From assembly GCA_951406725.2 (NCBI GenBank), contig OX597817.1, positions 157,294,001-157,358,000 on the forward strand: DNA of 64,000 nucleotides, in the 5' to 3' direction. Position numbers and translations under genes: made by a program. Positions 12,843-26,112 of this stretch are shown piece after piece. The stretch comes from Octopus vulgaris (Eukaryota). The stretch's first letter is position 1. Each line of letters opens with the position of its first letter. The notes under the pieces were generated by a model. That model searched no databases. It was not told the DNA's origin and worked only from the letters and a program-made list of their open reading frames with translations.

Positions 12843-13669
12843 GCATATCAGTAGGCCTCATCACCAATGGATTAAGTGTAAATATCATTAATATTAAATG
12901 GGAAAATATTGAATAACAATTATTTTGTTTACTCAATTATTTGTAACTTTATTTCATTTAATAAAAAAGAACTTTTAGTATCCTTTTTTCCCTGGGTAAC
13001 AATTATAAGATTATAAGATAGGGATCGCTTTTTTTTTTTGTTGTTTTTCTCATTAATTTCATTTCCTTCCTTATTACTCAACAAAAAAGTGATAGGGATA
13101 CCTATTTGTCTGTTAGGCAGGCTGTGGCAAGCAGTATTCATGAAAAATATCAAATTAAACACTGAAACTCAAGAAGACCCATACTCCGCAGCTTAAGACT
13201 GATCCTTCTGGTTGTGTGAAGCACTTGTGGAGGTGCCAAGTAAGAGCGCCCAGCACACTCTGTAAAGTGGTTGATGTTAGGAAGGGCATCCAGCTGTAGA
13301 AACCAAGCATTACATTTGAAAAAAATAATCTGAATGCTAAAGGGAATGATCGGAGGGAGATTTGGTGTCTTTTTTTTTTTGACAGCTGAGCTACTGCATA
13401 ATGGCTCTATCATTTCATTATACTAGCGGTTTTCAAAGAGTCATGCATTGTGTTGCTATCCATATCAAAAAGGCAGTGGAATTACTGATACTGAGTTACA
13501 ACTGAAGAAATGATAATATAACTGGATACCCATTAATATATTTCATATATTCATTATAGAGTGTATATATTCTTTGCAGTGAAGTAGTTATTGTTGTCAA
13601 GTCCCTATTCAGGCCTGATCAAGCAGGCATTTGATGATGATGATGATGACGCCGCCGCTGACGACGGGG

Positions 13670-13970
13670 GGAGGGCATCATAGCCATGTGTTGAGAGGGA
13701 TTCTTTGGGGTTTGAATAATTCACCTCTGGAAACATGGGTGTTTCATTCAACATCCTTAAACAACCCTTGTTCAGGGACCTTTTGAGCAGGATGGGTTAC
13801 TCGACCTGAAGAAAATTCTAACTGGGCCCCACCTGCACGGTTATGTGATGCATGTGCCTGGTGTACCCTTATCAGACGAGTAGTCATGATGGGTATACTG
13901 GGCTTCGTATATTTTACCCCAGTGTCACTTTGATGGTATGCACTGCCCTCTCACTCAATAATAATAATAA
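13670..13970 (+). mobile_element. Retroposon fragment ending in (AAT)n
   Basis: GC-richer block terminating ctctcactcaataataataat. Confidence 0.45.
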
Positions 13971-14699
13971 AATAAAACAAAATAAAACCACTGGAAGTGA
14001 ATGTCCTCTCATTTATCCAGTGTATGGTTTGAGGGAGATTTAGCTGCTATTTGTATCCATTTGAGTAACATATAAAGGTTTCCTTGTTGGTTTCATATGC
14101 AGTGAAGCATTGGTGTCTAAGGTTTGGTGAATGTTTGTCACTCTGCTGGAAGTCAGTATTACTGAAGCAAGTTCATTAAGTTTGTGAAATTAATTGTGAT
14201 TAGATCTTAACTTCATTGTGTAATTAATTGCGACTGTTTTGAATTTTATTGTATTACCATATTCCATAGAAATTTTCAAACCATAGAGTTCAGAACAATG
14301 CCTTTTAATGGAGTACAGGTTCTGGTTTATGGAATCAAGTGAGGTTCAGGGTGGGTTTGAACATGTTTTGGAATCACTGCTTTCTGTAATTAAATTTCTT
14401 TTGAACTTTAATTGTCAATTCTAGGATTTATTCTAAATTTGGAAATTGTAATTTTCTTGAATATTGTAAAAGCATTATGTTAATTTCACTGAAAAAAAAA
14501 AAAAAAAAAAAAATGAAAGCATATTTACAGTGGTAACTATGGTTTTTATGGAGAGAAAACCTAATTTAATTTTGCTTTATAGGAACTGTCATCTTGTTTA
14601 TCTTTCTTCTTGTGCATAAAACCATTTAGCGAATTGGTGGCAGATTTGGTCTCTGGATAATCTTTTAGATTTTTAGATGTGTTGAGAAAGAGATAAAGT

Positions 14700-15031
14700 A
14701 AAAACCCCTTTCAGTCATGAATGACCATGGGATTGCACCTAGAAAGTTCCCCTCTGAGGCACAAGTCTGGGCAAGGTTGTTTATGGAAGACCAGCAGTTT
14801 GTTCATGCATACTAGCTTCCACTCTCCATGCCACTGGTGTTATCCAAGGGAAAGGCAAAAGGGGCCGATACAGCTTGGCCCCAGTGACATAGCAACTCAT
14901 TTCTACAGCTGAGTGAACTGGAGCAACGTGAAATAAAGTGTCTTGCTCAAGAATATAACACATGGCCTGGTCCGGGAATCAAACTCTCAACCTCATTCCT
15001 GTGAGCCTGACACTCTAACCACTGAGCCACG
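14700..15031 (-). mobile_element. tRNA-derived SINE
   Basis: Minus-strand head gtggctcagtggttagagtg...gtttgattcc with A/B boxes. Confidence 0.65.
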
Positions 15032-15465
15032 CAATAGTTTCCTGTTGCCCGTTGGAAGATTTAAACCAGTACTTCAATATAAGGTGCAGGTGTGGCAGCG
15101 TGGTAAGAAGTTTGTTTCCTCGCCACATGGCTTCGGGTTCAGTCCCACTTTATGGCACCTTGGGCAAGTGTCTTCCACTATAGCCTCTAGTCAACCAAAG
15201 CCTTGTGAGTGGATTTGGTAGATGGAAACTGAAAGAAACTTGTTACATACATGTGTGTGTGTGTGTGTTTGTGTTACTGTCTTGACATGATATGATAGTT
15301 GTAAGCGAGTGTCACTGACATGAGAGTAGTGTCTTTCATTTCCAGTCTTTTGTGTAAGCATGTTTGGTTATGTTGCCAATAAGGGTTGGCACCAGGAATA
15401 AGTTTTGAAAATGCCAAAATATATTTATCAGTTTTGTCCCTTCTTTTATAATTATAAGTGCTTGG

Positions 15466-15850
15466 TGGAGGCGCAATGGCCCAGTGGTTAGAGCAGTGGA
15501 CTCGCGGTCATAGGATCGCGGTTTCGATTCCCAGACCGGGCGTTGTGAGTGTTTATTGAGCGAAAACACCTAAAGCTCCACGAGGCTCCGGCAGGGGATG
15601 GAGGTGACCCCTGCTGTACTCTTTCACCACAACTTTCTCTCAATCTTACTTCCTGTTTCTGTTGTACCTGTATTTCAAAGGGCCAGCCTTGTCACTCTCT
15701 GTGTCATGCTGAATATCCCCGAGAACTACGTTAAGGGTACACGTGTCAGTGGAGTGCTCAGCCACTTACACGATAATTTCACGAGCAGGCTGTTCCGTTG
15801 ATTCGGATCAACCGGAACCCTCGTCGTCGTAACCGACGGAGTGCTTCCAC
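15466..15850 (+). mobile_element. tRNA-derived SINE family D, full length
   Basis: Head tggcccagtggttagagc...ggtttcgattccc; body shared with 53668, 56418, 60670 and 62031. Confidence 0.8.
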
Positions 15851-16226
15851 CACAATTATAAGTGCTACACGATTAATAAAGCAGTGAATGTTTAACGGAC
15901 CTATATTTTAATTTTGCACTGATTGTTGTACCATAAGTTGTCAAACCCTGTGGTAATTAAGTGAACTTAGGTAGTTAATTTTAGAAGCAATCCTTTTACC
16001 ATAGGGAATTTCATTAATTAATGATTAATGTGTGAGTGATATTTTTTATTGGTTTCAGTCATTTAACTGAAGTCATGCTGGGGCAACACCTTCAGAAGTT
16101 CACTCAGTTGTATTGAACCCAGGAATACTTGCTTCGTTGTTCTCCATTTATCATTATGGGACATAAAGGAGACACTAACATAAGCCACAGTGGACTTCAG
16201 AGTGTAAATATAAATAGAAATGCACA

Positions 16227-16236
16227 TGCGCGCGCG

Positions 16237-16292
<56 letters not shown>

Positions 16293-16440
16293 CTCTCTCT
16301 CTCTCACTCTCTCTCTCTCACTCTCTCTCTCTCTCTCTCACACACTCTCTCTCTCTCACACACACACACACTCACACACACACACACTTTTTCTCTCTCT
16401 CTCATACACACACACAGAGGGTGACAGACAGACAGACAGA
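16227..16440. repeat. (CG)/(CA)n/(CT)n compound microsatellite
   Basis: Visible directly in the sequence. Confidence 0.9.
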
Positions 16441-16683
16441 GAGTGAAGGTTGAAATTGAGTGTTTTTATATGCAGTGTCAAAACAACTGTGTCAAAATGT
16501 CTCATCTCAGAAAAAATTTCATTTCAGATTTTCCTACTTTTTCCCAATCCAAGTTATTCAAAATTTAATTTTAAAAAATGCATTAGACCTTTTCCATCTT
16601 ATTTCCAGTGGGATTGAACCCAAGACCACATGGTTTGGAAGCAGGCTTCTTACCTACAGTCATGTCTATCTAGAGATGATTAT

Positions 16684-16912
16684 TTAACCCTTTAGTGTTT
16701 AAACCGGCCAAATCCAGCCCAATATATTCTACATGTTTTATATTCAAACTGGCAATATCTAGCCTCTCACTCCTAACCTACAATGCCATTCTGAAAATAA
16801 GCAATCACATCATTGAAACCTCAAAGCTATAAGATAATGCATGATTAATTCAAAACAATTTGAGTGAAAAAGTATTACATTTGACAGAGTATTCTGAACA
16901 CTAAAGGGTTAA
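16684..16912. mobile_element. piggyBac-type TTAA MITE
   Basis: TTAA-CCCTTTAGTGTT...AACACTAAAGGG-TTAA. Confidence 0.8.
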
Positions 16913-17238
16913 AAGATATCAGTCCATCACTGGAGTTCATTCTTCTTTTCTCTTCCTCTTTATCTCTTTCCTTTTGGAAGTTATTTGCTAAGGTTAGTTT
17001 TGGAAAGGGATGGGCTCCATCAGGCTTAGATTCCCAAGATAGATTCATGTCATGATAGCATACAACCCCATGAGAAGTTGAAAGCCTAAGGCAAGGCAAT
17101 GTTTTGACAAAAAACAAAACAAAAACCCTCAATGTTTTTAATGAAGCTTAATATAAAAAATATGAGTAGCCAAACGTAATGGTATCCATATTACTATAGG
17201 CAATTGTTGTGCAGCATTAGTTCAGGCTACATTTATGC

Positions 17239-17491
17239 CCACGGGCATATGACGTAATGGTTAAGAGCGTGGGCTACTAACCCCAAGATTCCAAGTTCAA
17301 TTCCAGACAGTGACCTGAATAATAACAACAACAACAGCAACGACAATAACAACATCGAAAAATACCTTAGGAATGAGAACCTAGGTTCGAAATTTCCCCC
17401 AAGAAACCTGATGAAGGCTGGAGGGTATACCAGCCAAAATGTGTTAACAACAAACAAGATGAGGACAAATATCTGTCAAATGTAAATAATG
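17239..17491 (+). mobile_element. tRNA-headed SINE with hammerhead ribozyme, copy 1 (11-bp TSD TACATTTATGC)
   Basis: A/B-box-like head, (AAC/AAT)n tract, then CTGATGA-A-GGCTGG...CCAGCC-aaaa. Direct repeats at 17228-17238 and 17492-17502. Confidence 0.8.
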
Positions 17492-18625
17492 TACATTTAT
17501 GCAGAGCTATCACAATAGGGTAAGGTTTGAGGCAAATTTAGTTGCTACTTTTTGCAGGTTGAATGATTACATAAGGCTACCTTGATGTAGTTTTTCCCTC
17601 CTATCTACTAAAGGAGTCACAAGCTCTTGCACACACAAGTATACACATGACAGAACTTCATCCTACTAAATTCAATCCCAAGGCTTTGGTCAGTCCAAGG
17701 CTTTAGCAGAAGACACTTGTCCAAGGTGCCACGCTGTGAAACTGAATTTGAAACCATATGGTTGAGAAATGAGCTTCCTAACCCCATATCCATGCCTATT
17801 AATAACATGTAGATGAAACTCTACCATAAAAATCAGAAGCTTGTAGTAGAATTAGTTGAGAAATTTAATGGTAAATGAATAGTACCATAAATGGTAGTTG
17901 GATGGCAGAATCAGTACAGAGATGTACTTGCATAGCAAGTGACCTGATCTGAGATCGTGTACTGGAACGAAAACAATTGCAGTGTGGAAGGTGTTTACAA
18001 GCCATTTAAGAAACACAAAAAAACCGTTAGATTCACTTCAACATTTGAATTTAATTTGTCAAAATATTTTTGTCACTTTGAGACTGCGACCTGTTCATCA
18101 TCATCATCATCATCATTTAGCGTCCGCTTTCCATGCTAGCATGGGTTGGACGGTTCAACTGGGATCTGTGAAGCCAGAAGGCTGCATTAGGCCCAGTCTG
18201 ATCTGGCAGTGTTTCTACGGCTGGATGCCCTTCCTAACGCCAACCACTCCGTGAGTGTAGTGGGTGCTTTATACGTGCCACCCGCACAGATGCCAGACGG
18301 AGCTGGCAAACGGCCACGGACGGATGGTGCTTTTACGTCCGTATCTCAGTACAGTCTGAGACCAAATACCATGTAGTTTTTGGTTATGTCCTTTGTGTGC
18401 TGAGTTCAAATCCTAGCCTTTCCCATTTTGCCTTTATTTTCTTTGATCAATAAAGTAAGGGTTGGTGTTGATTTCATTGATGATTCTCTAGAAAATGGTC
18501 AAATGACTGAAACTATGGGATGATAAATGTGTGTTATCTAAGCAGTAATCTTTCTGCCATCTATTTGTTGTTAAACATTTAAAATGACTCTTCTGACATC
18601 ACTGTTTCTGTTCTCTCTGTTTCAG

Positions 18626-18697
18626 GTTCTTGACAAGCGAGTGTCTCGTAACCATGGCATGCTGGAGGTAGTAGATGGGACATTGTTTCTTACACCG
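18626..18697 (+). CDS. APLF: APLF-like internal coding exon A (FHA domain: VLDKRVSRNHGMLEVVDGTLFLTP)
   Basis: Acceptor ttctctctgtttcag and donor gtaagt; 72 nt, phase 0-0. The peptide carries the FHA SxxH motif and parallels vertebrate APLF ITDKRVSRRHAILEVAGGQLRIKP. Confidence 0.9.
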
Positions 18698-18964
18698 GTA
18701 AGTATAGATCACTTGACACAGGTTTAAAAACATATTGTTGTTACTTCACTAAAAGTGGTGGTATGGGATGAACGATAGAACAACTGTTTACTGCAGGTGC
18801 TGGTGTGAAGTAAACGGCAGACCAAAGGCTTATAGCATTCAGATTTGTCCTCCTTTATATTTGAACTCATGATCAGCTAGTATGGAAGATGACTGTTTAT
18901 TCTAGAATGAGAAGATACATGGGTGTTTATAATCTTTGTTAACCCTTTGCCTGTCGTATGTATC

Positions 18965-19485
18965 ATAATAATAATGAAATTATTGTATACAGTGCTCAGG
19001 TGCACCACAACTTGTCAAAAGTGCATATAAAGCATATGCAGTAATGTACAAATGTCTGGAAAGTGAACAGTGTATAAGTCAGATACATGCTTGCGTGTGT
19101 ATGGAGGGGAGAAAATCAGGTGGAGTGTTGGCGAATCTCAGGAAGCATGGAAGTTTTGAAGGATGCAGTGCTCCGGCAACTAACAACTGATGCCGGCAGT
19201 TTGTTCCATGCTTCAGCAACTCTTAGTGTGAAAAAATGTTTCCGAAAGTCATGGGGGCTGTACTGTTTTCTTACTTTGTAAACATGTCCACGGGTGTTAG
19301 ACAGGTGGAATTTGAAAAGGTGCTCAGAGTTATTGTTAGTAAGATCGTTAATAATTTTATGGGTGTCTGCCAAGTCAGCTGCCAGACATCGGAGTTTCAA
19401 TGTATCCATACCTAGGGAAGTATGGCATTCAGAATATGGCAAATGCCTGATGGAAGGTATTCTCTTGGTTGCACATCGCTACACA
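18965..19485 (-). mobile_element. CR1-clade LINE 3' fragment nested in a TTAA MITE (18939-19658)
   Basis: ORF 19116..19442 reads TRGHVYKV...RKHFFTLRVAEAWNKLP, the CR1 ORF2 C-terminus; MITE ends ccctttgcctg/caggcaaaggg. Confidence 0.8.
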
Positions 19486-20001
19486 GGACAAGCAAAGGCA
19501 TCCATGCATCATATATGATACAAATTCCCAATTTTTTTCAACCCCCAGAGTAACTTAAGACTTAGAATGTATGAAACAAGGGCCAAATATAAGTCTGAAA
19601 ACAAGCATGGACATTTAGGACAAACTTATGAAAATGTTTTGGGCAGGCAAAGGGTTAGGTATTTGAAAGTGGATCAGGAAAAAATGAGAATTAATAACGA
19701 ATCAAGCAAATGAAATTCTGTCCTTAACTTTGCTTCAACCTGATTGGCTACTTTTGAGAACATGATTATCTGAGAACGGTTTTGCTTATATCTATGAAGA
19801 TTACTTTCTTAGGCCTCAGGCCACAGATTTATTGGGGAGGGGTAAAACTAATTGAATCAACCCTGTATATATTGCTTAATTAACTTCTTGAATGTGGAGA
19901 GAGGGAAAGAAAGAAATGTTGACTCTTCAAGGATTTGCGCCGAGAATGCAGAGGGATATTTTATTAAATACTGCAAGGCTTTGTTTGGTTAGTCTGGGGT
20001 T

Positions 20002-20167
20002 AGGCGCAGGAGTGGCTGTGTGGTAAGTAGCTTGTTTACCAACCACATGGTTCCGGGTTCAGTCCCACTGCGTGGCACCTTGGGCAAGTGTCTTCTACTA
20101 TAGCCTCGGGCCAACCAAAGCCTTGTGAGTGGATTTGGTAGATGGAAACTGAAAGAAGCCCGTCGTA

Positions 20168-20223
<56 letters not shown>

Positions 20224-20445
20224 GTGTGTGTGTGAGTTTGTATATCTGTGTTTGTCCCGCCAACATCGCTTGACAACCGATGCTGGTGTGTTTATGTCCC
20301 CGTCACTTAGCGGTTCAGCAAAGAGACCGATAGAATAAGTACTGGGCTTACAAAGAATAAGTCCCGGGGTCGAGTTGCTCGATTAAAGGCGGTGTTCCAG
20401 CATGGCCGCAGTCAAATGACTGAAACAAGTAAAAGAGTAAAGAGT
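20002..20445 (+). mobile_element. SINE family C, full length
   Basis: Same structure as the 10737 copy. Confidence 0.85.
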
Positions 20446-20887
20446 TATAGAAGAAGGAAGATGCCTGCATGGCAATTGAGCAAGTGTCTTCTACTACAAC
20501 CCTGGGTTAGCCAAATCTTTTTGAGTGGATATGGCAGACAGAAACTGAAAAACGATTCTCTCTCTCTTTCTCTCTCTCATGCATACACACACACATATAC
20601 ACACATGCTCGTATTTCCTTTACCTGACATTGGGCTCTAAATGAGTATCACTATCAAAACAAACAATATCATCCATGTCAGTATTCTGTGAAACATGCTC
20701 TGCTTGAAAACTGCTAAGGGTTAACAACAGGCAGGGCTTCAGCCTTACAAAGTCTGCTTCAATAGACTTTGCCTGAGCTATGCAAGTATAGAAAAAAGGA
20801 TGTTAAAATGGCAGTGATGATGATGATGATGATGGTGATCGTGGTGGTGGCAGCATTTAATCTTCACTAGAATATTTTCACCATCAC

Positions 20888-21121
20888 CTATTTCTTTATT
20901 ACCCACAGGGGGCTAAACACAGAGGGGACAAACAAGGACAGACATAGGTATTAAGTCGATTACATCGACCCCAGTGCGTAACTGATACTTAATTTATCGA
21001 CCCCAAAAGGATGAAAGGCAAAGTCGACCTCGGCGGAATTTGAACTCAGAACGTAACGGCAGACGAAATACGGCTACGCATTTAGCCCGGCATGCTAACG
21101 GTTCTGCCAGCTCGCCGCCTT
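20888..21121 (-). mobile_element. SINE family B (ggcggcgagctggcagaaacgttag... head)
   Basis: Reverse complement of 8201-8433; other copies at 28299, 29945, 42306, 47642, 49416 and 54292. Confidence 0.8.
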
Positions 21122-21911
21122 GACCCCCTTTAGCAGTGTTCACTCTGTTGCTGGTATCCAGGTCAGATCTTTGATTTGAGGATTACTTCCTTCCCTTCCT
21201 TCCATCAGTCTTAGAAGCCCTGAAAAATTTGCTGAAAATTTCTGATCAGGAAAAATCCATACAATATGTTAATGTGTAAAAAAAAATGCAAGTTATGTGT
21301 AGCTGAAAGATTACATATCCTTTTTAGATCTGAGAATTCCACTGAACTACTGAATTCCAATGGACAAGTTTCTTTTGGTGAATTGTGCAGCTGTATCACA
21401 GACTTCTAACACCTCTCTTTGATTCTACACCATTCTAGCCTTACAATTCTACACTGAAAGGGGACATAACTCTAATTCTTCTTTTTCTTGTTGCCTTTAT
21501 TTTACTTGTTTTTTTTTTCTCACCTTTCCAATTTTTGAACCTAACTTTTTCTTGTGATTTCTCTTGTTCTGTTGTCCTGATTTGCAACTTGTATAGGTCA
21601 TGTGCCCAGAGCCTGAAGATTACTTGGAGACACTAAGCATGTTTTAAAACCTGCCTAGACAGTATCTTCACTGTGAGAAATTATTAGTAAGCTCATTAAA
21701 CAATATTTATTGCTCACTAGATGGAGTACTTTTTAATATTGATCTTACCTTAATTGAAAACTAAACTATGTGTGTGTGTGTACGCGTGTGTATGTGTGTA
21801 CATCATATATATATATATATAAAATTAAATAATTAGGGTAGAAATTGATGTTAATCAATTTAACTAGTGGCTTAGCATATTTATAAATCCGAAGATTAAA
21901 AATTGTGTTAC

Positions 21912-22140
21912 ATACAGAATTAAGAGGAATGACCAATAAAGTGAACACCCTATATGCTAAACATAGACGTCAAATCACCATTACCACGAAGGATGTGTTC
22001 TCAAGAAAAAAAACTCAGTAATTGGCGTTTTTACTGAGATGTTTTTCTTGAGAACACGTTCTTCATGGTAATGGTGATTTGACGTCTATGTTTAGCATAT
22101 AGGGTGTCCACTTCAGTGGTCATTCCTCTTAATTTTGTAT
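21912..22140. mobile_element. Palindromic (foldback) MITE with about 110-bp arms and TA ends
   Basis: tacagaattaagaggaatgacc...ctcagtaa / ttactgag...ggtcattcctcttaattttgta. Confidence 0.8.
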
Positions 22141-23415
22141 ATATATATAGCCTAGCCTGGCCCCCGTGCCGGTGGCACGTAAAAAGCACCATCCGATCGT
22201 GGCCGTTTGCCAGCCTCGTCTGGCACGTATAAAGCACCCACTACACTCACGGAGTGGTTGGCGTTAGGAAGGGCATCCAGCCGTAGAAACATTGCCAGAT
22301 CAGACCGGGCCTGGTGCAGCCTTCTGGCTTCTCAGACCCCAGTCGAACCGTCTAACCCATGCTAGCATGGAAAGCGGATGCTAAACGATGATGATGATGA
22401 TATATATATATAAAATTGTTGATTTTGTATATAATATAGTGGATTTTACTGTGTGTGGAGTAATATTTTATTACATGTAATTTACACAGTACAGAATGAT
22501 TCTACTGTGAAATTTACCATGTAAAGAGCAGTGGATTTTACTGAATCCACCTCAGTATATATCTGGCCATTATTGATCCTAGTATGTGGAAAGGTAAATT
22601 CCAACTGTAACAGGACTTGGACTCAGAACATAGAGAAATAAAACCAAATAGTGTAAGGTGTTTGGTTTTATTAACCCTTTCGTTACTATATTTCTGACCA
22701 AATGTTAGTCAGCATGGCTTAGGGAACAATGTGGTCTGGAATTTATCACTTCCATACCATAACCAGGGCCGTATATTATTTTTTGACCGATTTCTTTAGT
22801 TCGTTCAAACTTGATGTGGATTCCAGTATTTCACTTTATTCCACCTTTATGGTACACCTGTGCATTAAATTCAACTGATGATCTAGTGATGTGCACAATT
22901 CTTCTTTATCAAAATTTTGTTGCATACCCATTTGAATATTAGCTGATGATTCATTTTCTATAGTGATGTTTAAACAAAATTTTAATTTTTTACCTTTTGC
23001 TCAATTTAAAATTTTAATATTTTTACCTTTTGCTCAATTTACCTGGATTTACCTGTAATTAAAGTCACTTTGAGACAAAAGTTATGCAATAGAATTGATT
23101 AAGAACCCTTTCTTTAATTATGTTCCAAATATCACATTAATATGTTGATAAGTAAAAAGGTTAGAGTTATTTAATGAAACGAGCCTAAATTCATGATTAT
23201 TTTAGAATTTAATTGAAACTCATGAGGAGTGTATTTTGGTCAGAAATATAGATGTCTAGTACTCCAGTGTTTCTACCACTAAACCACTTTATTTCTTCTT
23301 TTTTTTGTATTGTTAATAATGTTATTTCTGTCTTAGTAAATATGAATGACCAAATCACCATATTGATATATATATATATATATATATATAAACAACAATC
23401 TTCTTTTCATTTTAG

Positions 23416-23582
23416 ACACATGCAAATCCCTGCTTTTACCAGAAAAAAGGAACAAAAGATAGATTAGCTTTACCCAAAGACCAGCAGAAACGGTTGGAAG
23501 CAGGTGACATGTTTGGTTTGCTGCAAGACAAATTTTTTTATGAAGTTACATATGGCACCGTCCAGAATGGCAAGGTTGAGCA
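23416..23582 (+). CDS. APLF: APLF-like exon B (FHA C-terminal half: THANPCFYQKKGTKDRLALPKDQQKRLEAGDMFGLLQDKFFYEVTYG...)
   Basis: Acceptor ttcttttcattttag and donor gtaagt; phase 0-2. Matches the APLF HTNPCFY...L.PGD.F.LL.DK pattern. Confidence 0.9.
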
Positions 23583-23711
23583 GTAAGTGTCTCTTTGACT
23601 TCCTTTCAGATCTTTCTTTTCAACCCCAATATTTCTAGGAATCTTCGTGACTCAAAGTAATAGGGTCACTAGCCTGTTGTTTACAGTTTTTCTTTTACCA
23701 TTCTCATGTAA

Positions 23712-24002
23712 ATCGTGGCCGATGCCAGCGCCGCCTCGACTGGCTTCCGTGCCGGTGGCACGTAAAATGCACCAATCCGACCATGGCCGTTGCCAGCCTC
23801 GCCTGGCACCTGTGCGGGTGGCACGTAAAAAGCACCCACTACACTCACGGAGTGGTTGGCGTTAGGAAGGGCATCCAGCTGTAGAAACTTTGCCAGATAA
23901 GACTGGAGCCTGGTACAGCCTTCTGGCTTCCCAGATCCCCGGTCGAACCGTCCAACCCATGCTAGCATGGAGAACGGACGTTAAACGATGATGATGATGA
24001 TG
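23712..24002 (+). mobile_element. SINE family A
   Basis: Two hairpin units plus (GAT)n tail. Confidence 0.8.
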
Positions 24003-24739
24003 TCTCGTTAAAATAGTCAGGTTTCAAAATATCATTGTTGTTGATATTACCTTTGCCATTAAGATGGCAAACTGGCAGAATTGTTACCATACTGGACAAA
24101 ATATTTAGTGGCATTCCTTCCAGCTCTTTATGTTGTTCTAAGCTCAAATACAGTTGAGGCTGACTTTGTCTTTCATCCTTTCTGCTTGATAAAATAAGCG
24201 CCAGTTCAGCACTGAAAACTATTGACCTTGTAATAAAATCAGAAAGAATTATTACTGCTGTCATTGCTTTTGTTGTTGTTGGTACTGAGTCTTGACCAGT
24301 TCTTGTTTGATAGGTTCATAACGCTGTTAGCTAATGAAATTTTGGGGAGCTATCTTACAAATTCAATACTTCATGTATGATCAAATCTTTGGTTCTTCTT
24401 CAATATATTCTTTCTCATTTTGGTACAAGGTCAACAGTTTTGAAGGGAGTTGGGGAAGTTGATTACATTGGCTTCAGTACATGACTGGTACTTATCTTAT
24501 CAACTCTGAAACAATTAAAAGGAAGGTTGACCTCAGCAGTATTTGAACCCAGAACATAATGAGCTGGAAGAAATGCCACTAAGCCTTTTATGTGACATGC
24601 TTATGATTCTGCCAGTTTACCACTTTTTTCTTCCAAAATACATTATTAATATGTGTGTGTGTGTGTGACCACAAAACTCTACATGATAATAGTCAAAACA
24701 CATAACAGTAATTGAGAAAAAAAGTGTTAAGAACATCTT

Positions 24740-24950
24740 TTAACCCTTTAATGTTCAGATTATTCTGTCAAATGTGATGTTTGTTTATTTAAAATGGTTT
24801 GAATTAATCATGCATTATCTTGTGATGTGATTTTTTAGTTTTAAAATGACTTTGTAGGGCTGAGGTGAGAGGCGAGATCTGGTCAGTTTCAATATAAAAC
24901 AGGTTAAATATTTTGGCCGGATATGGCCGGTTTGAATGCTGAAGGGTTAA
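24740..24950. mobile_element. piggyBac-type TTAA MITE
   Basis: TTAA-CCC...GGG-TTAA termini. Confidence 0.75.
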
Positions 24951-25026
24951 AGCTTTAGCAAATGGCTTGAATTGAAATATTCTGCATGAAAAACAAAAAA
25001 AAAATCATTTTTCAGAATTACAGATA

Positions 25027-25650
25027 GCTGCTGGAGCAGCTGACTAGCTTCCATGCTGGTGGCACATAAAAAGCACCATTCAAACGTGATCGTTACCAGC
25101 GTCGCCTTACTGGCACTTGTGCTGGTGGCACATGAAAAACATTCGAGCGAGCTCATTGCCAGTGCCGCTGGACTGGCTCCTGTACAGGTGGGATGTAAAA
25201 AAACACCATTTGAGTGTGGCTGTTGCCAGTACCGCCTGACTGGCCCTTGTGCTGGTGGGACGTAAAAGCACCCACTACACTACCGGAGTGGTTAGCGTTA
25301 GGAGTGACATCCAGCTGTAGAAACTCTGCCAGATCAGATTAGTGCACCAGGCTCCAATCTGATCTGGCAGAGTTTCTACAGCTGGATTCCCCCCCTAATG
25401 CCAACCACTCTAGGAGTGTAGTGCCACCGGCGCTGTCAGGCAGTACTGGCAACAACCATGCTCAAATGGTGTTTTTTACATGCCACCTGCACAGGAGCCA
25501 GTCCAGCGGCACTGGCAATGACCTCACTCAAATGCTTTTTATGTGTCACCGGCATGGAGGCCAGCTTGTTGCTCTGGCAACGATCACACTTGGATGGTGT
25601 GCTTAGTGCTCCACTAGCACGGATGCCAGTCATCGAATTTGATTTCGATA
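25027..25650. repeat. Two family A SINEs fused tail-to-tail as an inverted pair
   Basis: ccagctgtagaaactctgccagatcagatt...aatctgatctggcagagtttctacagctgg palindrome at 25311-25385. Confidence 0.8.
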
Positions 25651-25832
25651 AATCAATGTAAGTCTATGTTATGAAGAAAATACAAAAACTAAAGAGAAAA
25701 CTCACACACACACACACACACACACACACATGCGCGTACACACACACACACCTACACATACATTGAAAACATGCCTTTTTTTTTTTCAGTTTTTAAATAT
25801 ATCATTAAAGCATGTTTGTAATTTTTATTCAG

Positions 25833-26008
25833 GAAAGAATTGTCAACAACTGAGAAGGATGGGAAAGAGGTGAAGAAGGATTCAAATAAAGAAACAACAG
25901 AAAAAGATACAGTAAAGAAAGAAGAAAAGCCTCCAGAGAAAGATGTAAAGAAAGAAGTGAAAGACGAGGAGAAGAAGAAAGATGCCAACAAATTAAATGA
26001 TACAAAAC
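25833..26008 (+). CDS. APLF: APLF-like exon C (K/E/D-rich linker KELSTTEKDGKEVKKD...)
   Basis: Acceptor tttttattcag and donor gtatgt; phase 2-1, in frame with both neighbours; overlaps ORF 25840..26046. Confidence 0.8.
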
Positions 26009-26112
26009 GTATGTATTTCATTGTTACGTTTCTTACACAACGATAACAGCAACAAGAACAATGTCATAAAGCACAAAAAACAAAAAAATTCATTGGTAAC
26101 AGGTGTGGCTGT

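Noticed and set aside
12462-12936. Long ORFs (poly-I/V and poly-L)
   Set aside because: They are translations of an (AAT/AGT)n microsatellite.
15466-15545. tRNA gene candidates at SINE heads (also 37586, 53668, 62031)
   Set aside because: A/B boxes are present but there is no complete cloverleaf, and each runs into a repeated SINE body.
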